DNA of 64,000 bases from Parcubacteria bacterium C7867-004 (GTDB lineage: Bacteria; Patescibacteriota; Minisyncoccia; Phycocordibacterales; Phycocordibacteraceae). A program made the translations under genes and the position numbers. Numbering within the stretch: position 1 is the first letter of the stretch; each line of letters starts with the position of its first letter. Location: contig LFCN01000006.1 in assembly GCA_001189075.1 (NCBI GenBank), positions 524,866 to 588,865 of the forward strand, in the 5' to 3' direction. Positions 9,556 to 18,870 of this stretch are shown here, piece by piece. The notes under the pieces are model-generated. The model worked only from the letters and a program-made list of their open reading frames with translations, was not told the DNA's origin and ran no database searches.

Positions 9556-10545
9556 TCAATCTTTCGGGATGCTGTTGAAGTAGTGCTGGAGAAAGGCGCG
9601 GTACATCCTCGCGGCCTGCAGGTGCACGTCACTGGTCCTTCCGAGCGAATAGAGATACGGCACCATTATCGCTCCTGCATAGACCACGAAGAACGGCTCG
9701 AGAACGGGATCAGGCTTTGTTCCCATGCGCTCCTGATACCCGAGAAGCACCGCCTCGAAGGCTTCCCTGCCGGCAAGGGCATAGACGTCGGTTGCCAGGC
9801 GATACCGATTGAAGTCCTGATGGCAGTAGCGCCAGTTCTCTTGAGGCGGATAGGTGTCTATGAGGAGGAGTCTCTGCTCGGCATAGACCCCGTTTTCTGC
9901 ATGCGTATCGAGAACCGAAGACGCGTCCTCGGTTCTCGTAAGCCACTCCGTATTCGCTTCGAGGAACGACTCGAGGTAGTCAACATATACGAATCTCTCT
10001 GAGTCGGGTATCTCTGTTTCTAGGCCACTGATCCACGCCCGAAGGTCGCTGAAGCGGGATACGAAGTTCTTATACAGATCTATCTCAGGATGTTTAGTAC
10101 ATACTGTATCTATTCGATCCCCGAGCTGCGTTCCGATGCGATGGAAATCCTCATTCGCAAGGGACCCATCGACAAGGAGCCGCAGAAGCCCGTCATTGAG
10201 ATCAAATCGTTGCATGGCAACCACCCGATGTTCGGATTCGTCTGGACCGATAAATTCAATGCGCCCGTCGATAAGTCGAGCTCCGCAAAGCGTCTCATAG
10301 ATCTCAGGAGTAACCGCATGATTCCACGTGAAGTCCGCCTCGACGAATTCGTTCCTGACCGAGCTGTCAGCAAGGTCGAAGAAATGCGCATTAAAGAATG
10401 CATTGTCGTCCTTACAGAGCTTGTAGGCTCGAGTGCCTGAGAGGAAGATATGCGAGATAACGGTCTCAATGTAGAGCGGTACTTCGGAGCACCCTTCGAA
10501 CCTGCCCTCTTTGAACGCGGCAACGATGTCCGATTGCGAGGTCAT
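9556..10545 (-). CDS. APH-like phosphotransferase (COG2187-type N-terminal domain, no AAA domain)
   Basis: IETVISHIFLSGTRAYKL, FFDL...R, N..VTPEIY, VVAMQRF, DTHAEN, LLIDTY. Confidence 0.65.
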   Translation of the reverse strand: MTSQSDIVAAFKEGRFEGCSEVPLYIETVISHIFLSGTRAYKLCKDDNAFFNAHFFDLADSSVRNEFVEADFTWNHAVTPEIYETLCGARLIDGRIEFIGPDESEHRVVAMQRFDLNDGLLRLLVDGSLANEDFHRIGTQLGDRIDTVCTKHPEIDLYKNFVSRFSDLRAWISGLETEIPDSERFVYVDYLESFLEANTEWLTRTEDASSVLDTHAENGVYAEQRLLLIDTYPPQENWRYCHQDFNRYRLATDVYALAGREAFEAVLLGYQERMGTKPDPVLEPFFVVYAGAIMVPYLYSLGRTSDVHLQAARMYRAFLQHYFNSIPKD

Positions 10546-10557
10546 GAGGAGCGATAG

Positions 10558-13221
10558 CTATGCTTCTCTCCTCGCACGGATGAAGATGATCCACTTCGCA
10601 ACCTCGATGGTTGCAAGGTTAACGAGGCCGAACCCGAAGAATATGCCCATTTGCAGCATCGACGGCGGGGTTACGTGTACGAGCATCTGGAGCATTGGGA
10701 CATAGAGCGCGGCAAGTAGCATAAGCGTGCTTGCGACGAGCGCGCCCACCAGAAAGAGGTTCGAGAACAATGGAAGCTTCCAGATAGGAGTCGCGAGACT
10801 CTTCATGGAGAACGCCATGAAGATGCAGTTCACCGAGACCGCAACAAACATAAGGGTCTGGATCTCCGGGTGCGTGAGATCGGTCTGAAGAAGGAAGAGA
10901 TACATGCCGATGAGGAGGGCGGAGGTTATGGTTCCCACGAGCGCGATGAGCTGGATGAGCTTCGGCGAGAGCACGCGGGCGATCTCGGGATCCTTAGGCT
11001 TGCGCTTCATAGAGGCCGGGTAGAGGGGCTCGAACGCGAACGCGAAGTTCATAAGTCCGCCCTCGATAAGGTTGGACCAGAGAATCTGCGTCGGGAGTAT
11101 CGGAAGCGGAAGACCGACGATAAGCGAGAACCCGATGAGCGCCACCTCGCTGAAGTTCGTCGAGAGCATGTATGCAAAAATCTTCTTGAAATTCTCTCGG
11201 AGGCGGCGACCTTCGCGAATCGCCACCGTAATAACGGAGAAGCCGTTATTAAGAAGTACGAGATCCGAGGCCTCCTTCGCCACATCGGTACCGGAGCCAA
11301 GCGCGATTCCGATTGCAGCGGCCCTAAGTGCCGGCGCGTCGTTCACCCCGTCACCCGTCATGGCGACAACCTCGCCTGCGCCCTTAAGTACTTCCGCGAT
11401 GCGAAGCTTCTCCGCAGGCGCGACTCGTGCGAACACCGTGTGCTCCTGGAGCACCGTGAGCATTTCCTCGTCAGTAAGCGCTGAGAGCTCGGCACCGGTG
11501 TACGCACGTTCCTCAGGGCCCGCTATCCCTACCATCCGCGCAATAGAAAGCGCCGTCTCTGGGTTGTCGCCGGTAAGCATGAGGACGCGTGCGCCCGCGT
11601 CATGCATCTCAGCGATGGCGGACGCCGCTTCAGGCCTAATCACATCAGAGAATACGAGAAGGCCGAGGAGCGTTCCCTTCGCGAGAAAATCGGACAGATG
11701 CTGCTCCATCGGGAAATCAGGATCAGCATGATCAACGCGCGCGACCGCGATGACGCGCTTGCCGTCCCGGGCGGCACTCGCAAGCGCGCTCGCGAAATAG
11801 AGCCGGTTCGCGCCGGTAAGCTCATGCCGTTCGCCTTTCCCGTCGGACACATGCGAGACCGCGTTCACGATGAGTTCGGGCGCGCCGGTCAGGTACGCAA
11901 CGTGCTTCGCCTCGTCCTCAAGCACGAGCATGCCGCCGAAGCGGCGGGAAGAATCGAAGTGCAGCTCATCGGTGCGCGGACGCTCAATGAGGCAGGAATG
12001 CTGTGCAATGCCGTTCTTGAGTCCCGCGAGCACAATCGCCTGCTCAATAGGACGACCGTGCACCACGAGCTTCTCATCACCCTCCAGTTCCGGACGCTCC
12101 TCAACATACGCGTTCGAAGCGAGCACCGCCGCACGAAGCAGTTCGCGCGGTTCGCCTCCTTCCGCATCCGTGTGCGTGGCACTCATGCCGATGAGCGACT
12201 CGAGCGTCATCCTCCCTTCAGTGAGGGTTCCGGTCTTATCGGTAAGGATGATGCTGGTCGTCCCGAGCGTCTCAGCCGCAAGCAGGTTGCGCACGAGCCC
12301 CCCGCTCTTAAGGATGCGCTCCATCCCGAGTGCGAGCACCACCGTAACCGCGGCCGGAAGGCCCTCCGGTACGCTCGCAACTGCAAGCGCGATAGCGGTA
12401 AAGAGCGTCTCATCGAACGGAAGACCGCGGAGTAACCCGAGACCAATGATTCCGACCATCACGACCGCGACCGCGATGAGGATCACTCGCGCTACCTGCC
12501 GTATGTCGCGCATGAGCGGCGTTACCGATTCGTCACGCTTAGCGAGCTCCATCGCGATGAGCCCTATTTCCGTCCCCGAACCGGTGGCAACCACAAGTCC
12601 CTTACCTGCGCCCGACACGACGAGCGTCCCCGCATAGGCCATGCCATTGCGCGCATCGAGCGATGCCTCTTCCGGAACGATATCCGTTCCTTTCTCCACC
12701 GGCACCCACTCACCTGAGAGTGCTGATTCGTTAACCGTAAGACCATGCACTTCGATGATGCGCAGATCGGCAGGCACCGCGCTTCCTGAAGAAAGGACAA
12801 CGAGGTCGCCGGTAACCAGTTCCTCTGCCGGGATCTTCATCGGCTCGCCGTCGCGGAACACCACCGCGAACGTTGCTTCGCTTCCCTTGAGCGCTTCGAA
12901 CGCGCGCGAGGCGCGTCCCTCCTGCACCATGCCCATGACAACGTTTACCAGAAGTGCCACCGCGATAACGAGAGCGTCAGTGAAATCTGCCAGGAACAGT
13001 GTCGCGAGCGCAGCAAGCACAAGCACGAAGGTTATCGGGCTTGAGAACTGTAGGAGGAGCTTTTTCGCAAACGAAGGACGCACGGGTTCGGGAAGACTGT
13101 TCTTCCCTTCGAGAAGGCGCTTGGCTGCTTCGTCGCGGGCGAGTCCCTTTTCAGGGTCGGTGCGCAAACGCTCCGCGATCGCTTCTGCGGAAAGCGTATG
13201 CCACTGGACGGACGAATTCAT
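10558..13221 (-). CDS. Cation-transporting P-type ATPase (type II, Ca2+-ATPase-like)
   Basis: ESALSGE, VPEGLP, DKTGTLT, MLTGDN, FARVAP, MTGDGVNDAPAL; start ATG 13221. Confidence 0.95.
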   Translation of the reverse strand: MNSSVQWHTLSAEAIAERLRTDPEKGLARDEAAKRLLEGKNSLPEPVRPSFAKKLLLQFSSPITFVLVLAALATLFLADFTDALVIAVALLVNVVMGMVQEGRASRAFEALKGSEATFAVVFRDGEPMKIPAEELVTGDLVVLSSGSAVPADLRIIEVHGLTVNESALSGEWVPVEKGTDIVPEEASLDARNGMAYAGTLVVSGAGKGLVVATGSGTEIGLIAMELAKRDESVTPLMRDIRQVARVILIAVAVVMVGIIGLGLLRGLPFDETLFTAIALAVASVPEGLPAAVTVVLALGMERILKSGGLVRNLLAAETLGTTSIILTDKTGTLTEGRMTLESLIGMSATHTDAEGGEPRELLRAAVLASNAYVEERPELEGDEKLVVHGRPIEQAIVLAGLKNGIAQHSCLIERPRTDELHFDSSRRFGGMLVLEDEAKHVAYLTGAPELIVNAVSHVSDGKGERHELTGANRLYFASALASAARDGKRVIAVARVDHADPDFPMEQHLSDFLAKGTLLGLLVFSDVIRPEAASAIAEMHDAGARVLMLTGDNPETALSIARMVGIAGPEERAYTGAELSALTDEEMLTVLQEHTVFARVAPAEKLRIAEVLKGAGEVVAMTGDGVNDAPALRAAAIGIALGSGTDVAKEASDLVLLNNGFSVITVAIREGRRLRENFKKIFAYMLSTNFSEVALIGFSLIVGLPLPILPTQILWSNLIEGGLMNFAFAFEPLYPASMKRKPKDPEIARVLSPKLIQLIALVGTITSALLIGMYLFLLQTDLTHPEIQTLMFVAVSVNCIFMAFSMKSLATPIWKLPLFSNLFLVGALVASTLMLLAALYVPMLQMLVHVTPPSMLQMGIFFGFGLVNLATIEVAKWIIFIRARREA

Positions 13222-13321
13222 AGTGTCCCTAGAGTATAGCAAGCGGTACGGCCGGTTGAAGATCGATTGCCGGGCTGCAACCAGAGTATCTGCCTCAGAC
13301 GGAAGATGGTACGATTTACGC

Positions 13322-13774
13322 ATGATCCACGAACAATTGAAGGCGGGCATTCCTGACGCGCTCCGTGCGAAGGACGAAGTGCGTCTGCGGACGCTGCGCT
13401 CCGTCGTTACCCTGATGACAAATGAGGTGGTCGCCAAGAAGCGTAAGCCGGATGAGTTCCTCGCTGACGATGAGGCTCTGACGGTCCTCAAGCGGGCGGC
13501 AAACCAGCGCAAGGATTCCATCGAGCAGTTCACGGCGGCCGGTCGCGACGAATTGGCCGCACCCGAGAAGGAAGAGCTCGCCGTCATTGAGTCTTTCCTC
13601 CCCGCTCAAATGAGCCGCGAAGAAGTCGAAGCAGTCGTAAAGGCCAAGATGGAGGAGCTCGGCGTAACCGACAAGTCAGGTGCCGGGAAGTTCACGGGAG
13701 CCGTGATGCAGGAGCTCAAGGGTCGCGCTGACGGCGGAATGGTGAAATCGGTCGTCGACTCCCTTCTCTCGTAA
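13322..13774 (+). CDS. GatB/YqeY domain protein
   Basis: ALRAKDEVRLRTLR, QRKDSIEQF..AGR, FLPAQMS, LKGRADG. Confidence 0.92.
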   Translation: MIHEQLKAGIPDALRAKDEVRLRTLRSVVTLMTNEVVAKKRKPDEFLADDEALTVLKRAANQRKDSIEQFTAAGRDELAAPEKEELAVIESFLPAQMSREEVEAVVKAKMEELGVTDKSGAGKFTGAVMQELKGRADGGMVKSVVDSLLS

Positions 13775-13869
13775 GCTCTCTGGGTGTATAACCCGTACTA
13801 GAAGGGCGATAGACCTTTCAGAAGGAAGATGGTTGGGCGTCTTCAGCAACCCTTTGCTGGAGTAGTAGC

Positions 13870-14265
13870 ATGTCTGTACACGTTTTGATCCCGAAACCCT
13901 CGCAGGGACAGCCGCCAGTCGATCTCTATCTCTTCCTGGCTCCCTCGCAATCGCCCGGACACCCGGCCGGTATGACGTGCGTCCTCAGCGAGCACGGCAG
14001 GCAGAGGGTCCTTGCCAATCCTGAAGCCTTCGAGCGCAGGTTCACCCTGCTCAAGAACGCGCCTCGTCTGGAGCACCTCAAGCTCCTTCGAGGCCCGAAG
14101 ACCATGTTCATCGACGGCTTCGACTGCAGCTGTCTTCGCGAATCCGATGAGCTCGCACTGCTTAGGCTGGCACAGCGTTTCCAGAACCGTGCGCTTTCCT
14201 GTCTCTACTTCATTTGCGTGATCGTGAGACCTGAGGATCCCGCCGAAGTCTGCCGAGCAGCCTGA
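13870..14265 (+). CDS. Hypothetical protein (orphan)
   Basis: GGAG SD, 131-aa ORF. Confidence 0.55.
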   Translation: MSVHVLIPKPSQGQPPVDLYLFLAPSQSPGHPAGMTCVLSEHGRQRVLANPEAFERRFTLLKNAPRLEHLKLLRGPKTMFIDGFDCSCLRESDELALLRLAQRFQNRALSCLYFICVIVRPEDPAEVCRAA

Positions 14266-14370
14266 CGCACGCATTCCACCGACGCCGTTCGATCCTCTGC
14301 ACGCTGTGCACTGATCGAGCGGCGTTTTCTTTTCCATTCCTTCATCCATCACGTAGTATCAAAGGCATCT

Positions 14371-15630
14371 ATGCATAAACTCAAGAGTCCCTTATTCATC
14401 GTGTTCTGTATTGTGTTCGTGGATGTGCTCGGCATCGGCATACTCATTCCGGTCATCCCGCTCCTCCTGACCGACCCTGAGTATCCCTATCACCTGACCG
14501 GCATTACCATCGACCAGGGATACGTCCTGCTCGGGCTCCTGACAGCCATATACCCGCTCATGCAGTTCGTAGCGACTCCGCTCTTGGGCCAGCTTTCAGA
14601 TCGTATCGGCCGGAAGCCGGTGCTCGCCGTCTCCCTACTCGGTACCTCACTCTCATACGTCGTCTTCGCGATAGCCATCATCACGAAGAACATCCCGCTG
14701 CTATTCCTCTCCCGTGCAGTAGACGGCATCACGGGCGGGAACATCTCGGTAGCGCAGGCGGCGATCGCCGATACTACCCCGCCCGAGAAGCGCGCCCGGA
14801 ACTTCGGTATCATCGGCGCCGCGTTCGGTATCGGATTCGTCGTCGGTCCGTTCCTCGGAGGCAAGCTCTCCGACCCGTCCGTAGTCTCCTGGTTCGATGC
14901 GGCAACGCCCTTCTGGTTCGCAGCGATCCTCGCCTTCCTCAACATGCTTGCGGTGCTCTTCCTGTTCAAGGAGACCCTGAAAGAAAAGACGCATGAAGCG
15001 TTCCATTTCCTGCAGTCGATCATAAACATCGGCAAGGCGTTCACGATGCCGAAACTGAAGAAGCTCTTTAGCGTATCATTCCTCTTCCATAGCGGATTTA
15101 CCTTCTACACGAGCTTCTTCGGCGCGTACCTCATTTACCGCTTCGCCTTCACGCAGGGGAACATCGGCGATTACTTCGCCTTCGTCGGTATCTGCATCGC
15201 GCTCACGCAGGCGGTTGTAACGGGGTTCGTCGGCAAGCGCTTCTCGCCATATGCGATCATCTCGGTAGCGTTGCTTGGAGTAGCGGCAACCGTGCTTTCC
15301 TTCACACTCGTTGGATCAACCTGGATGCTCTATACGATCACTCTTCCTCAGGCGGTCTGCATGGGACTCATCATGGCGAACCTCAACGGCCTCATCAGCC
15401 GCTCGGGAGACCCGAAGCGCCAAGGAGAAGTGCTCGGCATCTCGGCGTCGGTCCAGGCGCTCGCGCAGACCATACCCCCGGTTATCGGCGGATTCCTCGC
15501 AGCCGCATTCGTCCCAGCGGCGCCTATAGTAGCGGGAAGTATCCTTATCTTCTGCGCGTTCCTTGTGTTCGTATTCCTCCTCAGAGACACCGCCCATTCG
15601 ATATCAGGGCATGGCGACCATGCCGTATAA
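14371..15630 (+). CDS. MFS transporter, TetA/DHA1-like drug:H+ antiporter
   Basis: LGQLSDRIGRKPVL motif A, GITGGN..VAQAAIAD, GAAFGIGFVVGPFLGG motif C, about 12 TM. Confidence 0.9.
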   Translation: MHKLKSPLFIVFCIVFVDVLGIGILIPVIPLLLTDPEYPYHLTGITIDQGYVLLGLLTAIYPLMQFVATPLLGQLSDRIGRKPVLAVSLLGTSLSYVVFAIAIITKNIPLLFLSRAVDGITGGNISVAQAAIADTTPPEKRARNFGIIGAAFGIGFVVGPFLGGKLSDPSVVSWFDAATPFWFAAILAFLNMLAVLFLFKETLKEKTHEAFHFLQSIINIGKAFTMPKLKKLFSVSFLFHSGFTFYTSFFGAYLIYRFAFTQGNIGDYFAFVGICIALTQAVVTGFVGKRFSPYAIISVALLGVAATVLSFTLVGSTWMLYTITLPQAVCMGLIMANLNGLISRSGDPKRQGEVLGISASVQALAQTIPPVIGGFLAAAFVPAAPIVAGSILIFCAFLVFVFLLRDTAHSISGHGDHAV

Positions 15631-16429
15631 GCGACGCATAACACTCTGGAAGGAAGTCGGGGAGACCCCGCTCCAGGCTATCGAGAAGTGGAAGCAGGTA
15701 AATCCTGCATACGCCGAGATACCGGCCAGCTATGCGGGCAGGCTTGATCCGATGGCTGAGGGTAAGCTGCTTATCCTTCTCGGAGACGAATGCAAGAAGC
15801 AGGACCGGTATCGGGGACTTGATAAGGAATATGAGATAGAAGTGTTGCTCGATCTTTCTACCGATACCGGAGATGTGCTCGGTATGCCGGCATACGCAAG
15901 CAGGGAGACAGTCCCGGCCGATGAAGACATTCGACGCGTTCTTCATGACCAGACCGGAACGAAGATCCTCCCCTATCCTGCATTCTCGTCAAAGACCGTG
16001 AACGGAAAGCCGTTATTCCTCTATGCACTTGAAGGAACGCTTGATTCGATCTCAATTCCCAAGCATGAGGAAACTATCCATCGTATTCGACTCATGCGGC
16101 ATGAGGTTGTGAGCAAAGATACGCTTCAAGAACGTATCGAACGTATGCTCGCGCTCGCTCCAAGGAATAGCGAACCATCGAAGGCACTGGGTGCTGATTT
16201 CAGACAGGATGCGATACGAGCAGAGTGGAACACAGTTTTCGAGAATATGGGCGATCGGTCATTCTCCGTCCTTTCCCTCCGCGTCACCTGCGGAAGCGGG
16301 ACCTACATGCGCACGCTCGCCGAGCGTATCGGGAAGGAACTGGGAACGAGCGGGATAGCTCTCTCAATCAAACGATCTAAGATCGGCACGTATCATCTAT
16401 TCGGATTCTGGATTCGATTGTTCCGATAG
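15620..16429 (+). CDS. truB: TruB-family tRNA pseudouridine synthase (no PUA domain)
   Basis: YAGRLDPMAEG, KEYEIEVLL..STDTGD, YPAFSS..VNGKPL, CGSGTYMRTLA. Confidence 0.85.
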   Translation: MPYKRRITLWKEVGETPLQAIEKWKQVNPAYAEIPASYAGRLDPMAEGKLLILLGDECKKQDRYRGLDKEYEIEVLLDLSTDTGDVLGMPAYASRETVPADEDIRRVLHDQTGTKILPYPAFSSKTVNGKPLFLYALEGTLDSISIPKHEETIHRIRLMRHEVVSKDTLQERIERMLALAPRNSEPSKALGADFRQDAIRAEWNTVFENMGDRSFSVLSLRVTCGSGTYMRTLAERIGKELGTSGIALSIKRSKIGTYHLFGFWIRLFR

Positions 16430-16466
16430 GCTATGCTTTCCGCGGAGCCAGCGGAAGGAGAACACC

Positions 16467-16706
16467 ATGGCCGATATCAGCGGGACCGTGTCCCCGCCGT
16501 CCTGCGTCCCGGCAGCGCAGATGCAAAGCGCAAGGGCCGTGTTGCTCGCCAGCGCATGCGCGGTGAGCTTCGCCCGGGCCTTGAACGGTGACACCGTCGT
16601 CGTGATCCCTCCGTTCTGCATGGAGCTTGCCGTAGAGACCGGCGAAGACGGCAAGGTCGTCTGCAGCTTCCGAGTCGACCCGGGCCAGACTGTGACAGAC
16701 TTTTAA
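16467..16706 (+). CDS. Hypothetical protein (orphan)
   Basis: AAGGAG SD; GCCGTCCA/TGGGCGGT hairpin and T-run directly downstream. Confidence 0.5.
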   Translation: MADISGTVSPPSCVPAAQMQSARAVLLASACAVSFARALNGDTVVVIPPFCMELAVETGEDGKVVCSFRVDPGQTVTDF

Positions 16707-16774
16707 GCCGTCCAATGCAATGGGCGGTTTTTTATTAAAGAAAATCCCAGACTATGCAGTCTGGGATGAGAGAC

Positions 16775-17365
16775 TCAGGCCTCAGGGGCCTCAAGCCGCG
16801 TGACAGCCGCGAGCAACGCCAGCCATTGGAGCTGATTCACATGGGCAAGCTGCGGCAGTTCCGCGAGTTCGACTCGAACCATGAGGTCGATCAGCAGCTG
16901 CGCGTGCTCACTCGCCGAAGGGGTTGCGTAGCTCAGGAGCTTTGCGATCTTCCACGAGCCAGTCTTCGGATCGGTCCAGACGTAGATCTGCTTGAGGATC
17001 AGCTTACGTTGCTCTTCGGGCGAGAGAGCCTTCATGAGCCGCGCGATGACGTTGTGGTGTCCGCCGGTGACGTCGTCCCCATTCCACCAAAGCAGTGGGA
17101 TGGTTGTCATACCGCCACTTTCCTCGAAGCGGATCGCATAATCAGCGACGGCGAGCGCATCTTCGATAGTGAAGGAAGGATGCGCAAGCATCCGGCCAAA
17201 CAGAACCTCCTCCAGATCGTTGAGATCGAGATACTGCTCGCAGATGGCCCTCGCGACCGTCAACGGGCTGTACTCCGGATGACTCATTATCTCGTCCACC
17301 ATCGCGGACGTGAAGTTCCGGGTCGCAAGCGCGATCCCGATAAGAGGCTTTAACGTTCCAGTCAT
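16775..17365 (-). CDS. Hypothetical protein (orphan)
   Basis: 196-aa ORF; minus-strand TTGACT-17nt-TATAAA promoter at about 17397-17425. Confidence 0.6.
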   Translation of the reverse strand: MTGTLKPLIGIALATRNFTSAMVDEIMSHPEYSPLTVARAICEQYLDLNDLEEVLFGRMLAHPSFTIEDALAVADYAIRFEESGGMTTIPLLWWNGDDVTGGHHNVIARLMKALSPEEQRKLILKQIYVWTDPKTGSWKIAKLLSYATPSASEHAQLLIDLMVRVELAELPQLAHVNQLQWLALLAAVTRLEAPEA

Positions 17366-17462
17366 TACTACCCCACTTTTTTGTACTTACTATTACTTTA
17401 TAAAATAAAAAGTTCGTATAGTCAAACGCAACAGCCGCCCATTCGGGCGGCTGTTGTCTTTG

Positions 17463-17534
17463 TGACCTCACGGGGAATCGAACCCCGATTTGATCCGTGA
17501 GAGGGATCTGTCCTAACCGTTAGACGATGAGGCC
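17463..17534 (-). tRNA. tRNA-Glu(CTC)
   Basis: GGCCTCA acceptor stem, GATCC-CT-CTC-AC-GGATC anticodon arm, GGTTCGATTCC T-arm; hairpin at 17431-17454 downstream. Confidence 0.95.
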
Positions 17535-17581
17535 GGTTACCGAACTCATGACTGAGGTCGTACGAACGTTATACCAGATTC

Positions 17582-18865
17582 TTAGCGGCGCTTCCACTCC
17601 TTCTCCTGACGGACCAGCTGTGCACTATCGGACGGGTCAGCCAACAGCGCCTCGACTACCCGCTCCATACGCACACCCTGCGAGCCTTTGACGAGGACGA
17701 CATCCCCTTCCTGAACTCTCGCGGCGAGCGCTTCAGCCGCTTCTGTCGAGGTATCGAACGAGATGCAGTCCTCGTCGCTCCTCCCTGTCGCTCGTGCTGC
17801 TTCGCATATCGCTTTGGCGCGGCTCCCCACCGTTACAATGAGGTCAGCGCGCTCTGCAGCGAGCGTTCCTACCCGCTCATGCTCTGCCTTCGAGTAGCGT
17901 CCGAGCTCGAGCATATCGCCGAGGACCGCGATGCGGCGAGACGCGTTCGGAACGAGACCGAGCGAAAGCAGTGCCTCCTCAACCGCGACTGGAGACGCAT
18001 TATAGGTGTCGTCGATGATGAGCGAACCGTTCAATCCGTTCAGAACCCGTGCGCGCCCCGGAGGAGCCGAATAGGTAGCAAGTCCAGTAAGTGCTTCTTC
18101 TTCGGTAAGCCCGAGTGCGATCGCGAGTGCGAAGGCTGCCGCAGGAGCGAGCAGCTGCGTCTTCCCGAGCGCTCCCTCAACGCGTATCCGCAGGCTCCGT
18201 CCATGCGCGTCAATGGTCGCTTCCATGCCCATGGAGTCCGCATCCTTATAGAAAGACGGATCCTCTATCCTGACGGTGGCGCCTTCCGCAAACCCGAAGG
18301 TGGTTATCGTTGCATGCAGGCGCTGACTCATTGTTACCGCATACGGATCGTCAGCGCAGATGATGAGGGTGCCGTGGCTCGCAAGAGCGCTGGCCGGCGT
18401 GAACTCCTCGTCACGCACGGCCTGCGGCGTTGCATAGGCCTCAACGTGCACTGGCACATCGGGCAGCCGCGTCACGACAACCGCATCCGGCGTCGCGATC
18501 TTGAGTATCTTCGAAAGGTCTCCCGGGCGATCCGCCCCCACCTCGAGTACGAGCAGTTTCGGATAGTGACTCGGGAGCATGATGAGTGCGAGCGCTTCCT
18601 GGAAGACGCCGTACCATGCGGTCGCGTTCTCCCAGGGATTCTTCGCGCCAATGATGGTGAGCGGGACGCCGAATTCGCTGTTATAGCTCTTCTCGCTCGC
18701 GCGCAGATAGAAGCCCTCCGAAAGGGCTGCTTTCACCGCGTCCTTCGTCGACGTCTTCCCCACGCTACCCGTTACCATGACGATAACGGGTCGGTACTTC
18801 CGGATAATCGCGCGAGCAAGGAGCGCAAGGAGGTAGGCTACCGGGGCTTTGAGGAGGGATTTCAT
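17582..18865 (-). CDS. murF: UDP-MurNAc-tripeptide--D-Ala-D-Ala ligase
   Basis: VTGSVGKTSTK, IDDTYNASP, VLGDMLELG, LVKGSQGVRME. Confidence 0.93.
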   Translation of the reverse strand: MKSLLKAPVAYLLALLARAIIRKYRPVIVMVTGSVGKTSTKDAVKAALSEGFYLRASEKSYNSEFGVPLTIIGAKNPWENATAWYGVFQEALALIMLPSHYPKLLVLEVGADRPGDLSKILKIATPDAVVVTRLPDVPVHVEAYATPQAVRDEEFTPASALASHGTLIICADDPYAVTMSQRLHATITTFGFAEGATVRIEDPSFYKDADSMGMEATIDAHGRSLRIRVEGALGKTQLLAPAAAFALAIALGLTEEEALTGLATYSAPPGRARVLNGLNGSLIIDDTYNASPVAVEEALLSLGLVPNASRRIAVLGDMLELGRYSKAEHERVGTLAAERADLIVTVGSRAKAICEAARATGRSDEDCISFDTSTEAAEALAARVQEGDVVLVKGSQGVRMERVVEALLADPSDSAQLVRQEKEWKRR

Positions 18866-18870
18866 GGGAA

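Noticed and set aside
10558-13587. Long N-terminal extensions in the ORF track (P-type ATPase, S41, murA, def, holB, yqeY)
   Set aside because: They overlap divergent genes or non-coding structure; downstream ATGs with adjacent -10 boxes fit the family N-termini
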